A stretch of 64,000 bases of DNA from Candidatus Yanofskybacteria bacterium CG10_big_fil_rev_8_21_14_0_10_36_16 (GTDB taxonomy: Bacteria; Patescibacteriota; Minisyncoccia; 2-02-FULL-40-12; IGHO2-01-FULL-4-A), in assembly GCA_002794035.1 (NCBI GenBank), contig PCXQ01000004.1, forward strand, positions 187,064 to 251,063, read 5' to 3'. Shown in pieces: positions 38,895 through 48,470 of this stretch. The notes under the pieces are model-generated. The model searched no databases. It was given only the letters and a program-made list of their open reading frames with translations, and had not been told where the DNA came from. How positions within the stretch are numbered: the first letter of the stretch is position 1; each line of letters opens with the position of its first letter. Made by a program: the position numbers and the translations under genes.

Positions 38895-39538
38895 TAAGCG
38901 ATGCAGTAGGGTTAATTTTAATATTTGGCATATCAGCAGGCACGATTGTCTGGAGATGGTATTTTGGCAGGAAAAATAAAATTTCATTAAGAACCGATAT
39001 TTTTATCGGTATTTTTATTATTTTACTTACCGCTCTGCTTTTATTATTAATGGGACGACTGCCTTGGTGTGCATGCAATCAAATATGGATTTGGTCAGGC
39101 GATGTTTTTTCCGAACATAACTCACAGCACATTACAGATCCCTATTCCCCTACTCACTTTATACACGGCATACTTTTTTACTTATTGCTTTGGGTATTCG
39201 CTAGACGAATCCCCATAGGAGTAAGGTTGCTTATGGCCATAGCTCTTGAGTCAGCATGGGAAGTAATTGAAAACACAGACGCAGTTATTGAATATTATAG
39301 AGCAAACACAATATCTCTTGGTTATTATGGTGACAGTGTTATTAATTCCATTTCCGATATTGTCGTTATGGCCATAGGTTTTGTTTTTTCTTGGAAAGTC
39401 CCCACCTGGGTTTCTGTCTTAGTACTGGTTGTTATAGAAGTATTTTTGGCATTTTGGATAAAAGACAATCTTACTTTAAATATAATAATGTTTATTCATC
39501 CATTTGAAGCCATAAAAAACTGGCAATTAGGAATGTAA
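38891..39538 (+). CDS. DUF2585 (UPF0314) membrane protein
   Basis: MGR...C.C....W.G....HNSQH..DPY..TH..HG; WEVIENT; Y.GDSV.NS..D. Confidence 0.85.
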   Translation: MISDAVGLILIFGISAGTIVWRWYFGRKNKISLRTDIFIGIFIILLTALLLLLMGRLPWCACNQIWIWSGDVFSEHNSQHITDPYSPTHFIHGILFYLLLWVFARRIPIGVRLLMAIALESAWEVIENTDAVIEYYRANTISLGYYGDSVINSISDIVVMAIGFVFSWKVPTWVSVLVLVVIEVFLAFWIKDNLTLNIIMFIHPFEAIKNWQLGM

Positions 39539-39577
39539 CTTTTGTAAAAATATAATTTACATGTAATAATTTAAAAA

Positions 39578-40117
39578 ATGATAGAAGAAAAAAATAAAAA
39601 TCAAACAGTTGTTTTTGGCGGAGGGTGTTTTTGGTGTACAGAAGCAATTTTTAAATCATTAAAGGGAGTTATTTCAGTTTTGCCCGGGTACGCAGGAGGT
39701 ACCACAGACAACCCTACATACGAAGATGTATGTACCGGTATCACAGGTCATGCCGAAGTAATAAAAATAGAATATAATCCTGAAACTATATCATTTGATG
39801 ATCTTTTAACGGTTTTCTTCTCTACGCATGATCCTACAACCCCAAACCGGCAAGGTGCTGATGTGGGAACACAATATCGATCAGCTATTTTTTATACAAC
39901 AGGCGAACAAAAAGAAGAATCGGAAAAATTTATTGAAAAATTAAATGAATCAGGTCCAAAAATAGTAACGGAAATCACGAAACTAGATAAATTTTTTGAA
40001 GCAGAAGATTATCACAAAGATTATTACTCAAAAAACACTTCAGATTCTTATTGCCAAGTTGTAATAAATCCCAAACTTGAAAAACTCAAAAAACGATTTT
40101 CCGAATTATTGAAATAA
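39578..40117 (+). CDS. msrA: Peptide methionine sulfoxide reductase A
   Basis: GGGCFWCTE, TGHAEV, HDPTT.NRQG.DVGTQYRS, AEDYH. Confidence 0.96.
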   Translation: MIEEKNKNQTVVFGGGCFWCTEAIFKSLKGVISVLPGYAGGTTDNPTYEDVCTGITGHAEVIKIEYNPETISFDDLLTVFFSTHDPTTPNRQGADVGTQYRSAIFYTTGEQKEESEKFIEKLNESGPKIVTEITKLDKFFEAEDYHKDYYSKNTSDSYCQVVINPKLEKLKKRFSELLK

Positions 40118-40177
40118 AATACCACCCCGCCTTAGCGGGGTGGTATTTTTTATTGTGTTACTTGCCTAAAATAATTG

Positions 40178-42157
40178 TTATTTCAGTGCAGTCACATGAA
40201 CAGGACTTGAAGTTGTACGGTTGCCAGAAGTATCCTCTGCAACTGCTGTTAATGTATATGTTGTATTGGGCTTGCCTGGAACGCTCCAGCTGCAAGCATA
40301 GTTTACAGTAACATCCGTACAGACAAGACTACCATCAACATAAAACTCTACTCTCGATACTCCAACATCATCTGTGGCGTCCGCATTTATTACTAGAGTT
40401 TGTCTTCTGGGAACACCTGCGCCATCTGTAGGATATGTTATTGATACACTAGGAGGCGTTATGTCTTGTGAGGGTGTTGGAGTTGGAGTGGGAGATGGGG
40501 TCGGCGTAGGCGTGGGGGTAGGTGTTGGGGTTGGATCAATAGAAAATTCATAAGCTCCAATTTCGGGCGCACCGCCTTGCGGAACCATCACACCATTAAT
40601 ATCAGCATTTAAACCGACATAAACACCTGAATCAATTGAAGACGAAGTGCTCTGCAAAGTAAAGTCACCTGCTGGTGCGTTTACGAACTGAGGATCTTCA
40701 GCAATGTTATTGTCGGGATTGCCGGAAGAATTTAGATTGCTGATAAGTTGGGACATGGTCCAATCTATGGTGTTGGAATGAAAAACATAGCCGGAGTCGC
40801 TACGGTAGTAGGTATTGTTTGTTGTCACATATTCCGCTGTACCATTAGTGTGATAAAAATCTTCCTCTAAATTCTCAGCAAAAATGTTGTTCTTGATTAC
40901 TATTGCTCCATTAAAAGCATTGTCATTGTATTCAAGTTTGATACCCTTGCCATTATTGCCATAAGAGACGTTGTTTAAAACATTTACCCCCGTTCCAAAA
41001 CCTAGATATTCAACCTCTATACCAGCTATACCATTACCATAAGAAACATTGTAATAAACCTCAACATTTTGAAAAGCATTGATATTACTGATAACAATTC
41101 CCCAATCCCCATTATTGCGGGAGATATTGTACCTGAAAGTTCCACCATCAGAAAGGTATGTATGGAATCCTGCTCTAAGATTGTCTTCAAAAACAGAATT
41201 CTCTATTAACCAGTTGCCAGCTGCGTAACCGCCATAATTTCCAGCGTAAATTCCATGGGATCGAGGATCTCCATTGGAATCAACATAGCCATTGTTCTTC
41301 ACTAAAACATTCTGAATTACCGCATTGTCACTGGTAAAGATAATACCATTTCCCCCAGCCTTGATAGTTGTAAGGTTTTTCAAAGTAACATTGTCTGCTC
41401 CGTTGTGAAGGAGTATATTCCCATCACCATTTGTTTTTGTCACATCTATACTATCAACAACTATATAGTCAGCTCCACTGACATAGATAGCACGATCGCG
41501 TAGCGGTACCTCAATACCCGGATTTGTATAATACTGATTTGGGTCTGAAGGAGAGTAAACATATAGAGTTGAAAGTTCCCACACCCACTGACCGTCAGCT
41601 ACCAATTCTCCAAGAGTAGTTTTTTCTACACCTCGTATGCCATTTACAAAAATTTGTCTTGGGTCACTAGACCAAGGTACATACCAAACATTTTGCAAGC
41701 CAGGATACTGAGTCCAAGTTGGAATAAATTCAGAACCGTCTATAAGAGGATTAGCTCCGCTACCATAAGCTCCATAAGTTATTGGACTTGAGGATGTCCC
41801 GCTTGTGATGACATCCAATTGCTCTTTCCATGTCTCTCCTCTTTTGAAAAACACAGAATCACCAGGAGCAAGAGCTTGCGACTCTACCCTAGCAATAGTC
41901 TTCCATGGACTAGATGCAGATGTACCTGAATTTGAGTCATTGCCGGCTGTTGAATCAACATAATAAGAATTGCCAGCAGCTGAGCTCACGTTTGTTTTAA
42001 ACAAATGCGCATTCATAAAAACACCCACTGGAATTATAATACCGAGGGTGGAAACCAAAAGAATTGTTTTAATTTTTAAAACAAATTCCCCTGCCTGAGG
42101 ATTTTTGTCCTCATTAATATTTAAATCTTGATTCATTTTTTGAATCTGTAAACTCAT
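40178..42157 (-). CDS. Surface right-handed beta-helix protein with a PT linker and C-terminal Ig-like domain
   Basis: YYVDS..GNDSNSGTS..PWKTI, parallel beta-helix repeats, (PT)n linker, DITPPSVSIT...GVSRVEFYVDG. Confidence 0.85.
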   Translation of the reverse strand: MSLQIQKMNQDLNINEDKNPQAGEFVLKIKTILLVSTLGIIIPVGVFMNAHLFKTNVSSAAGNSYYVDSTAGNDSNSGTSASSPWKTIARVESQALAPGDSVFFKRGETWKEQLDVITSGTSSSPITYGAYGSGANPLIDGSEFIPTWTQYPGLQNVWYVPWSSDPRQIFVNGIRGVEKTTLGELVADGQWVWELSTLYVYSPSDPNQYYTNPGIEVPLRDRAIYVSGADYIVVDSIDVTKTNGDGNILLHNGADNVTLKNLTTIKAGGNGIIFTSDNAVIQNVLVKNNGYVDSNGDPRSHGIYAGNYGGYAAGNWLIENSVFEDNLRAGFHTYLSDGGTFRYNISRNNGDWGIVISNINAFQNVEVYYNVSYGNGIAGIEVEYLGFGTGVNVLNNVSYGNNGKGIKLEYNDNAFNGAIVIKNNIFAENLEEDFYHTNGTAEYVTTNNTYYRSDSGYVFHSNTIDWTMSQLISNLNSSGNPDNNIAEDPQFVNAPAGDFTLQSTSSSIDSGVYVGLNADINGVMVPQGGAPEIGAYEFSIDPTPTPTPTPTPTPSPTPTPTPSQDITPPSVSITYPTDGAGVPRRQTLVINADATDDVGVSRVEFYVDGSLVCTDVTVNYACSWSVPGKPNTTYTLTAVAEDTSGNRTTSSPVHVTALK

Positions 42158-42382
42158 AAAAATAAAGAGGAGTAAATCTTAAATCAAACATATTTAAGGA
42201 GATATTTATTCCGCGACCTTCTATAAGTTTATATTAAAAATTTTAAAAATAACACCTTTTTAGAATACCTGTTTTTTTTATAAATTACAATGAAAAATCA
42301 TGCGCCACCAAAAAAGCCCGGTTGAATCCCAACCACTTAGGTCGGAATCAACCGGGCCTTGCTTGCCGTCGAGATGACGGCG

Positions 42383-43039
42383 TCAAAGGTTTTTTTCTAG
42401 GAACTTGCGGACACTCTTTATGACGTTGTCCGCCGCTCCCTTGAATGTGTACCCGTCCTCCTGGATTTTGACCAAGGGCTTCCACTCGCCGTCGGGCGAC
42501 TTTGCCATCACGGCGACCTGGAGGTTCTTCTTTAGCTCCTTGGACTTGTGGTTCATGAAGCTCCCATTTCGTTCCTCCATGCCCCGGCCGACAACCACGA
42601 CCTTGTACTGGGCCTGGTCTTCGTCAGGGACAACCTGGAATTCCTTGCCCGCCCTCTTGGCGAGATCCGATGCACTGTCTTCCCAGTCTTGAACCGGGAA
42701 TCCGTCGTCCAAGCCGGCCTCGAAGAACACGGGGTATCCGCCAGCGGAATTCTTGTCTCCCCCGCCGAAAGGCGAAGTGAACATCTTGCCGACCTTCTTT
42801 GCTGGCGCCATCGCCTTTGCGGCGAGGCTGGTATCGTCGGATTCTTCGGAGGCTTCCGCCGGCTGGGCGGGAGCCGCCTGCTCCATCTCTTCGATCTCGG
42901 CCTTAGTGTAGCCCGCCTTGGCGAGCTCCAGCTTCTCCTCGACGGTGAGCGTGGCCGCGTCGGCCGTCGCCACTGCGAAGAAAATGGCTACCACGATGCT
43001 CAACACTGTGTTGAACTTCATCTCAGTCTTCCACTCCAT
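42383..43039 (-). CDS. High-GC exported hypothetical protein
   Basis: Signal peptide (ADA|A); GC content far above the surroundings; own promoter and GC-rich terminator. Confidence 0.75.
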   Translation of the reverse strand: MEWKTEMKFNTVLSIVVAIFFAVATADAATLTVEEKLELAKAGYTKAEIEEMEQAAPAQPAEASEESDDTSLAAKAMAPAKKVGKMFTSPFGGGDKNSAGGYPVFFEAGLDDGFPVQDWEDSASDLAKRAGKEFQVVPDEDQAQYKVVVVGRGMEERNGSFMNHKSKELKKNLQVAVMAKSPDGEWKPLVKIQEDGYTFKGAADNVIKSVRKFLEKNL

Positions 43040-43240
43040 GTCTAAGGGTTGATTTGAGGTACCTGCATTAGATACCTGTAAAGTACTATATTATTAATAC
43101 TAACACATATTTAAAGCTAAGTCAAATGTTCGTTTTTTTAAAGACTTGTTGATAATATTAAACATAAATAATGTTACAATTAATATATAATTAATCATTG
43201 TCAATATTTTTGGTAGTATTTACCCTATCAAAGCATTACA

Positions 43241-43415
43241 TAGGACTTACGCGTTTGGATAAGTTCAAGGCAAAATGGCTAAGAAATGGCGAGTCGTACT
43301 GAAGTACGATAAGTTTTTTCTTAGCCATTTTAACGTAGAAATTAGCCAAACCCACGTGGCTTGAACAGGACAAGCCCAGCATTTTAGGGCTTCCTGTGAA
43401 AGCGCGTAAGTTCTA
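43241..43415. repeat. Structured inverted-repeat element, copy 3
   Basis: TAGGACTTACGCG...CGCGTAAGTTCTA termini; AAAATGGCTAAGAAA/TTTCTTAGCCATTTT stem with CGTAC-N4-GTACG; AAGCCC..GGGCTT hairpin. Confidence 0.75.
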
Positions 43416-43424
43416 ATTTATTAA

Positions 43425-43928
43425 ATGAAAACATCTCACGTATGGATAATCGTAATAGTCGTCGCATTCTTTGGTCTTGTTTGGAGCCTTTCAAAAGATA
43501 GGGCGCCATCAGAAGAACCAAACGCAGAAGGAGAGGAACAAACCCAAATGGAGCAAAAAATGGAAGAAACCAAAGCTACTACAGTTAAAACTAGTACTGA
43601 AACAAACATAAATAAACCCCTTCTTGAATCAGGAACCGCAGAAGACACTGCAAGATACTCTCAACTAGTAAAGGAATATGAAACCAGAAGAGTTCAGTTT
43701 GATGCAAATTGCCGAGTAAATAGCCCGAACAGCACATTCAAAAACAACACAGCAGTTATGTTCGATAACAGATCAGCTGATACAAAAATCATTACAGTTG
43801 GAGGCGTAGATTACAACTTCCCTGCTTATGGTTATAAAATAATAAATATTGCAGGCATTGATTTACCCGCAAATGTTTCAATAGATTGCAATGGTGTGGT
43901 AGTTGAAACATTTTTGATTCAAAAATAA
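43425..43928 (+). CDS. Membrane-anchored hypothetical protein
   Basis: N-terminal TM; Y...R.QF...C...P...FKN....MFDNR motif. Confidence 0.75.
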   Translation: MKTSHVWIIVIVVAFFGLVWSLSKDRAPSEEPNAEGEEQTQMEQKMEETKATTVKTSTETNINKPLLESGTAEDTARYSQLVKEYETRRVQFDANCRVNSPNSTFKNNTAVMFDNRSADTKIITVGGVDYNFPAYGYKIINIAGIDLPANVSIDCNGVVVETFLIQK

Positions 43929-43978
43929 CAAATTCATCAAAATTTGCGTTTTGGATTAATATATGTTAGGATAAAGGT

Positions 43979-44215
43979 ATTATCAGGTACAAAAGATACA
44001 AAACAAAAGCCCCGCAAATAGAAGAATCGGATTTAACGACCCCTGAATTTAAGGAAAAATACAACGAAAACATACCCCCTGAAACAACCCCGGTATCAAT
44101 CAAAGCATTGAATCAATTCCGCAAAAAACATCCTCATCTTTTCAAGCAAAGCAACTGGTCCATAGACAAACACCGCAAAAGAGTTATGGATTGGATATTC
44201 TCAAACGAAGTTTAA
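43979..44215 (+). CDS. Small hypothetical protein with a probable non-ATG start (missed by the ORF track)
   Basis: 79-codon open frame ...FKEKYNENIP...LNQFRKKHPHLF...WSIDKHRKRVMDW; TTGCGT/TAGGAT promoter directly upstream, terminator downstream. Confidence 0.55.
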   Translation: MIRYKRYKTKAPQIEESDLTTPEFKEKYNENIPPETTPVSIKALNQFRKKHPHLFKQSNWSIDKHRKRVMDWIFSNEV

Positions 44216-44299
44216 ATAAAACCCCTATAGGGGTTTTATTGTACTCAAAAATAAAAAATGATTTAATTAATTATATATAAGAAATTATAAATAATTAAA

Positions 44300-44752
44300 A
44301 TGAAGATAATCAAACTTAACAACATTATTGGAACTTCCCAAGAGGCCAAGGTGCCGGGTGACCAAGGGTCAAGCAGGCGCCTGCTTTTGGCAAAAGATGG
44401 CTTGGGGTATTCATTTCATGACACAATTATTACTGCAGGAGCTGAAATGAGACTTCACTACACCAATCACATAGAAACAGTATATTGCGTTTCAGGAAAC
44501 GGCGAGGTTGAAGATCTAACCACCAAGAAACGTCACAAAATTGAAGAAGGTGTTATGTATGTTTTAGATAAACACGATGACCACATTTTACATGGTGGAA
44601 CTGAAGATATGCGCCTAATTTGCATATTTACCCCAGCTCTTGTAGGAAATGAGCGCCAAGACGAAAGCGGAAGCTTTCCCATAATGAATGAGGTCTTGCA
44701 GGAAATAAAACAAATTAAAGAAAAAGTTGAAAAAATTGAAGAACAACTTTAG
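44300..44752 (+). CDS. ectC: Ectoine synthase (solitary)
   Basis: SRRLLLAKDG.G.SFHDT, HY.NH.E.VYC..G.G, Y.LDKHD.H, C.F.P.L.G.E..D..G. Confidence 0.88.
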   Translation: MKIIKLNNIIGTSQEAKVPGDQGSSRRLLLAKDGLGYSFHDTIITAGAEMRLHYTNHIETVYCVSGNGEVEDLTTKKRHKIEEGVMYVLDKHDDHILHGGTEDMRLICIFTPALVGNERQDESGSFPIMNEVLQEIKQIKEKVEKIEEQL

Positions 44753-44822
44753 CCTTACTTAATATTTAAAATATATTAAATCCACCCTAAGGTGGATTTA
44801 ATTTTTATTATAATTTTTAATA

Positions 44823-46127
44823 TTAATAACCACGTAGCTTTTCTATCTTATGATGCTGTCTTATTTTCTCAAGAGCTTTTGCCTCTATCTGTCTTATTCT
44901 TTCGCGGGTAACAGCAAAAACCTTTCCAACCTCTTCAAGGGTATGCCCGATACCATCAGCTAATCCAAATCTCATTTCTAAAATCTTCTGCTCCCTAGGA
45001 GTTAGATCATCTATTATGTCTTTCAATCTCTCGCGCAATATCCTTCTCCCTGCCGATGTTTCCGGGGATATTGTTTCATCATCTGCTACAAAATCCGCCA
45101 ATGAACTATCCTCATCATCTTCACCAACAGGCGCTTCAAGAGATACTGTATCTTGAGAAATTTTTATAATATGATGAATTTTCTCAACATCCATACCCAT
45201 TTCAGAAGCAATCTCATCAGGCAATGGCTCTCTACCAAGATCCTGCACTAAACGCCTGACCACCTGCTGATATTTGTTTATAGTTTCTACCATGTGCACA
45301 GGTATGCGAATAGTACGTGCTTGATCTGCTAAAGCTCGGGTAACTGCCTGCCGTATCCACCATGTTGCATATGTTGAGAATTTATAACCCTTTGTATAAT
45401 CAAATTTTTCCACCGCCCTAGAAAGGCCTATATTCCCTTCTTGTATTAAATCCAACAAGGTAAGATTTGGGGATCTTCCAACATATTTTTTAGCTATTGA
45501 AACAACCAGTCTGAGATTTGAAAGCATAAGCAATTGTCTGGCAGCTTCATCTCCGTTTTGTATCCTTTTGGCGAGATCAACCTCCTCGTCTCTTTTTAGC
45601 AATGGATAGTTGCCTATTTCTCTTAAATACATCTGAACAGAATCAGTACCACCTGCCTTATGAAGCTCTTTTTCTAACTTTCTTTTTTCTTCAAAATCTT
45701 TTACAGCTTCCTGCTTAAATACTTTGGAAGTATCTACGATGTTTATATTTGCTGCATCTAGATGGTCATAAAGAAGCTCAAGATCTTGTATATTTTTTTC
45801 TACATTAGGAAACTGATTCAATATCTCAGATTCAGTAATGAATCCTCTGTGGCGCCCCCTATCAATTAACTGCTGAATCTTTTCCTCTACAACATTTACC
45901 TTCTTAATCTTTGTTTTTGATTTAGTACTGCCTTTAGCAGAAGAGTTCCTCGAAGATCTAGTTTTTATATTTTCTTCTGAAGAGTGGGCTGTTTTTCTTT
46001 TGGTGGTTTTAGGAGAAGCGGTTTTTTTGTTTACTGCCTTTTTGGGCTTTGTTTTTGATTTGGTCTTATTGCCTGTTTTTTTACCGCCAAATTTATTATT
46101 ATTTTTTTTTGTTTGCTTTTTTGCCAT
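44823..46127 (-). CDS. rpoD: RNA polymerase primary sigma factor
   Basis: [52 protein letters not shown]. Confidence 0.97.
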   Translation of the reverse strand: MAKKQTKKNNNKFGGKKTGNKTKSKTKPKKAVNKKTASPKTTKRKTAHSSEENIKTRSSRNSSAKGSTKSKTKIKKVNVVEEKIQQLIDRGRHRGFITESEILNQFPNVEKNIQDLELLYDHLDAANINIVDTSKVFKQEAVKDFEEKRKLEKELHKAGGTDSVQMYLREIGNYPLLKRDEEVDLAKRIQNGDEAARQLLMLSNLRLVVSIAKKYVGRSPNLTLLDLIQEGNIGLSRAVEKFDYTKGYKFSTYATWWIRQAVTRALADQARTIRIPVHMVETINKYQQVVRRLVQDLGREPLPDEIASEMGMDVEKIHHIIKISQDTVSLEAPVGEDDEDSSLADFVADDETISPETSAGRRILRERLKDIIDDLTPREQKILEMRFGLADGIGHTLEEVGKVFAVTRERIRQIEAKALEKIRQHHKIEKLRGY

Positions 46128-46166
46128 AAAAATAACGCTTTGTTTTTTATAAAGCGCTTGCTGTTT

Positions 46167-47975
46167 TTATTTTAACTTTGCAAGTTCGCCGGATAATTCG
46201 GTAAACTTTGCCACTAATGATGTTAGTTGCTCTTTATTGCCTGTTTTTTCGGTTTCCCTAATCTCAAAGCTTAAATCCCCTAATTTTTTTTGAATATTTC
46301 TCAATTTCGCCTGATAAATAAGTTTAGCAAATTCTTCTTTTTTTGATTCATCACTGAAATCTTTCCATATCTCCTCAGCTCTAAAATGCAATAAATCAAC
46401 CTTTTTCTTTGTGTTTTCATTAGTATTTTCTTTACCGGATTTATTGTTTAGATAGTCTAATAATTCTATTAATTCATTAGACCAGAAATCATGTTTAAAA
46501 TCAACCCCCCTTATCAACTCCGGACTTAAACAGACAAGCTCAGCGATACTTTGTTCATAATGCTTAAACTTACCAATATCGCCTGTTTCTTCAGATCCTT
46601 CGTCATCATATTCATAATTTGCAGACGTTTCAGAAAATACAGGCTCTGCTATATTGTTTAATTCATTATAAATCAAATCTTCTTTGGTCTTAACCTTTAA
46701 TGCAAGCTCCGCCACCCAGTGAGCCTGCTCCACCTTGCTACTTATAGATTTTATAATGGGCAAAAGTTTTTGAGTAACCATCTTTTTGCCAAGAGCAGTT
46801 GCGGTATCGGCACCAGTTGTTACTTTTTTAAAGAAATACTCCATAAACGGTTTTGATTTTGAAGAATATTCTTCCCATTTTGAACCGTAAGCCTTAACAT
46901 AATCAGAAGGATCTTTTAATTTGGGATCGTCTATCGAAATGACTCCAACATTAAAATTCTGGGCAAGAGCAAGATCGACACCTCTTTGTGTTGCGATCTC
47001 CCCCGCCGCATCCTCATCAAAACAAAGATCTAAATTGTCAGTATAACGCTTTATAATTTTTAAATGACTAGCAGTTAAAGCAGTACCTGATGTGGCCACG
47101 GCATTACCAACGCCAGCTTGGTGAGACATCACAACGTCCATATTTCCCTCAACTGCCAAGCATTTATCCTTGCTTCTTATTTCCATTCGCGCCTTATCTA
47201 AGCCGTAAAGCAATCTGCTTTTGTCATATATTGGGGTTTGAGGTGTGTTTATATACTTGGCCACAGCTTCACCGCCAGAGGTGGGTCCACCTCCAACATC
47301 AAAAATCCTACCAGAAAATCCCACAACCTGACCGCTTAAATTAGTTACAGGAAACATGATCCTATTTCTAAATCTATCATAAATACCACTCCCAGACCCT
47401 CCACCTTGCCCATCAACATTTCTTTTAATGCCCATGCCTGATTTTGAAATCTCTTCCTCAGAATATCCTCGTGTTTTTGCAAAATTACTAAAAGAAGACC
47501 AATCATCAGGAGCAAATCCCAAACGAAAATTTTTAATTGACTCGTCAGTCGTTCCCCTTTCGTGTAGATACTTCAAAACATTCTTTCCTGTGTTTGAATG
47601 CCAAAGTTGTTTTTCAAAAAATTTAGTTGCTAATTCAGATATCTCAAAAAGTATTGTTTTTTCAGATTGAAATTCCTTATATTCCGGTGTTGACTGCTTA
47701 AGTTCAACCCCAGCTTTTGTGGCAAGCATTTTTAATACTTCAGGGAACTCTAACCCCTCAATTTCCTGAACAAAGGTAAACATATCCCCGCCCTTTGAAC
47801 ACCCGAAGCAATGAAATATTTGCCTTTCTGGGTTAACAAAAAACGAGGGGGTTTTCTCGTTATGAAACGGGCATTGTGCCTTATAGTTAATGCCTGACTT
47901 GTTAAGCTTTACATAGCCACCTATCACATCAACGATATCGAGGCGATCTTTAATTTTTGACACATTATCTTCCAT
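46167..47975 (-). CDS. dnaG: DNA primase
   Basis: CPFHNEKTPSF..CFGC, DRFRNR, KYINTP, VEGNMD, FD.D.AG TOPRIM. Confidence 0.97.
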   Translation of the reverse strand: MEDNVSKIKDRLDIVDVIGGYVKLNKSGINYKAQCPFHNEKTPSFFVNPERQIFHCFGCSKGGDMFTFVQEIEGLEFPEVLKMLATKAGVELKQSTPEYKEFQSEKTILFEISELATKFFEKQLWHSNTGKNVLKYLHERGTTDESIKNFRLGFAPDDWSSFSNFAKTRGYSEEEISKSGMGIKRNVDGQGGGSGSGIYDRFRNRIMFPVTNLSGQVVGFSGRIFDVGGGPTSGGEAVAKYINTPQTPIYDKSRLLYGLDKARMEIRSKDKCLAVEGNMDVVMSHQAGVGNAVATSGTALTASHLKIIKRYTDNLDLCFDEDAAGEIATQRGVDLALAQNFNVGVISIDDPKLKDPSDYVKAYGSKWEEYSSKSKPFMEYFFKKVTTGADTATALGKKMVTQKLLPIIKSISSKVEQAHWVAELALKVKTKEDLIYNELNNIAEPVFSETSANYEYDDEGSEETGDIGKFKHYEQSIAELVCLSPELIRGVDFKHDFWSNELIELLDYLNNKSGKENTNENTKKKVDLLHFRAEEIWKDFSDESKKEEFAKLIYQAKLRNIQKKLGDLSFEIRETEKTGNKEQLTSLVAKFTELSGELAKLK

Positions 47976-48178
47976 ATGATTTACAGAAATTAATCCTGAA
48001 CAAAGCCGAATGGGTTAATTTTTGACACACTATCTTTCGCACAAGCAATATTTAATAGTTATTACTATACAATAACCAAAATATCAAAAACACTAGACAT
48101 TTACCAGTTTATATTTTACAAGTTAATTATTTTGTGATATAGTATAAATAGCGATATTGAAAATAAAAGGAGAAGAAA

Positions 48179-48397
48179 ATGAGATATCCAGAATTTAAAC
48201 CATTACCTTTGCATGTAGTCATTATATGCATATTAATACCGGAATTTATTTTCATCTTAGATAAAGAAATAGAACCCTGGATGCTCTTGGCAGGCTTTTT
48301 AGGAGGTTTATCTTTTTATTATTTTATACTTTTACCTATTTTAAAATTTATTGATGGCTTGTCAGCAAAAGCATACAATAAAATATTTTCCCATTAA
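48179..48397 (+). CDS. Small two-TM protein
   Basis: AAGGAG SD and a terminator. Confidence 0.6.
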   Translation: MRYPEFKPLPLHVVIICILIPEFIFILDKEIEPWMLLAGFLGGLSFYYFILLPILKFIDGLSAKAYNKIFSH

Positions 48398-48470
48398 TAG
48401 TAAGCCCGCTTCAGCGGGCTTTTTTGTTATACGGCGAGCCATGTACCAAAAACTCTAAATAAAAATTTTA

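Noticed and set aside
40470-40532. Tandem DNA repeat
   Set aside because: It simply encodes a Pro-Thr linker
42405-43045. Plus-strand ORFs in the GC-rich island
   Set aside because: Antisense shadows caused by high GC; the minus-strand ORF has the signal peptide, promoter and terminator
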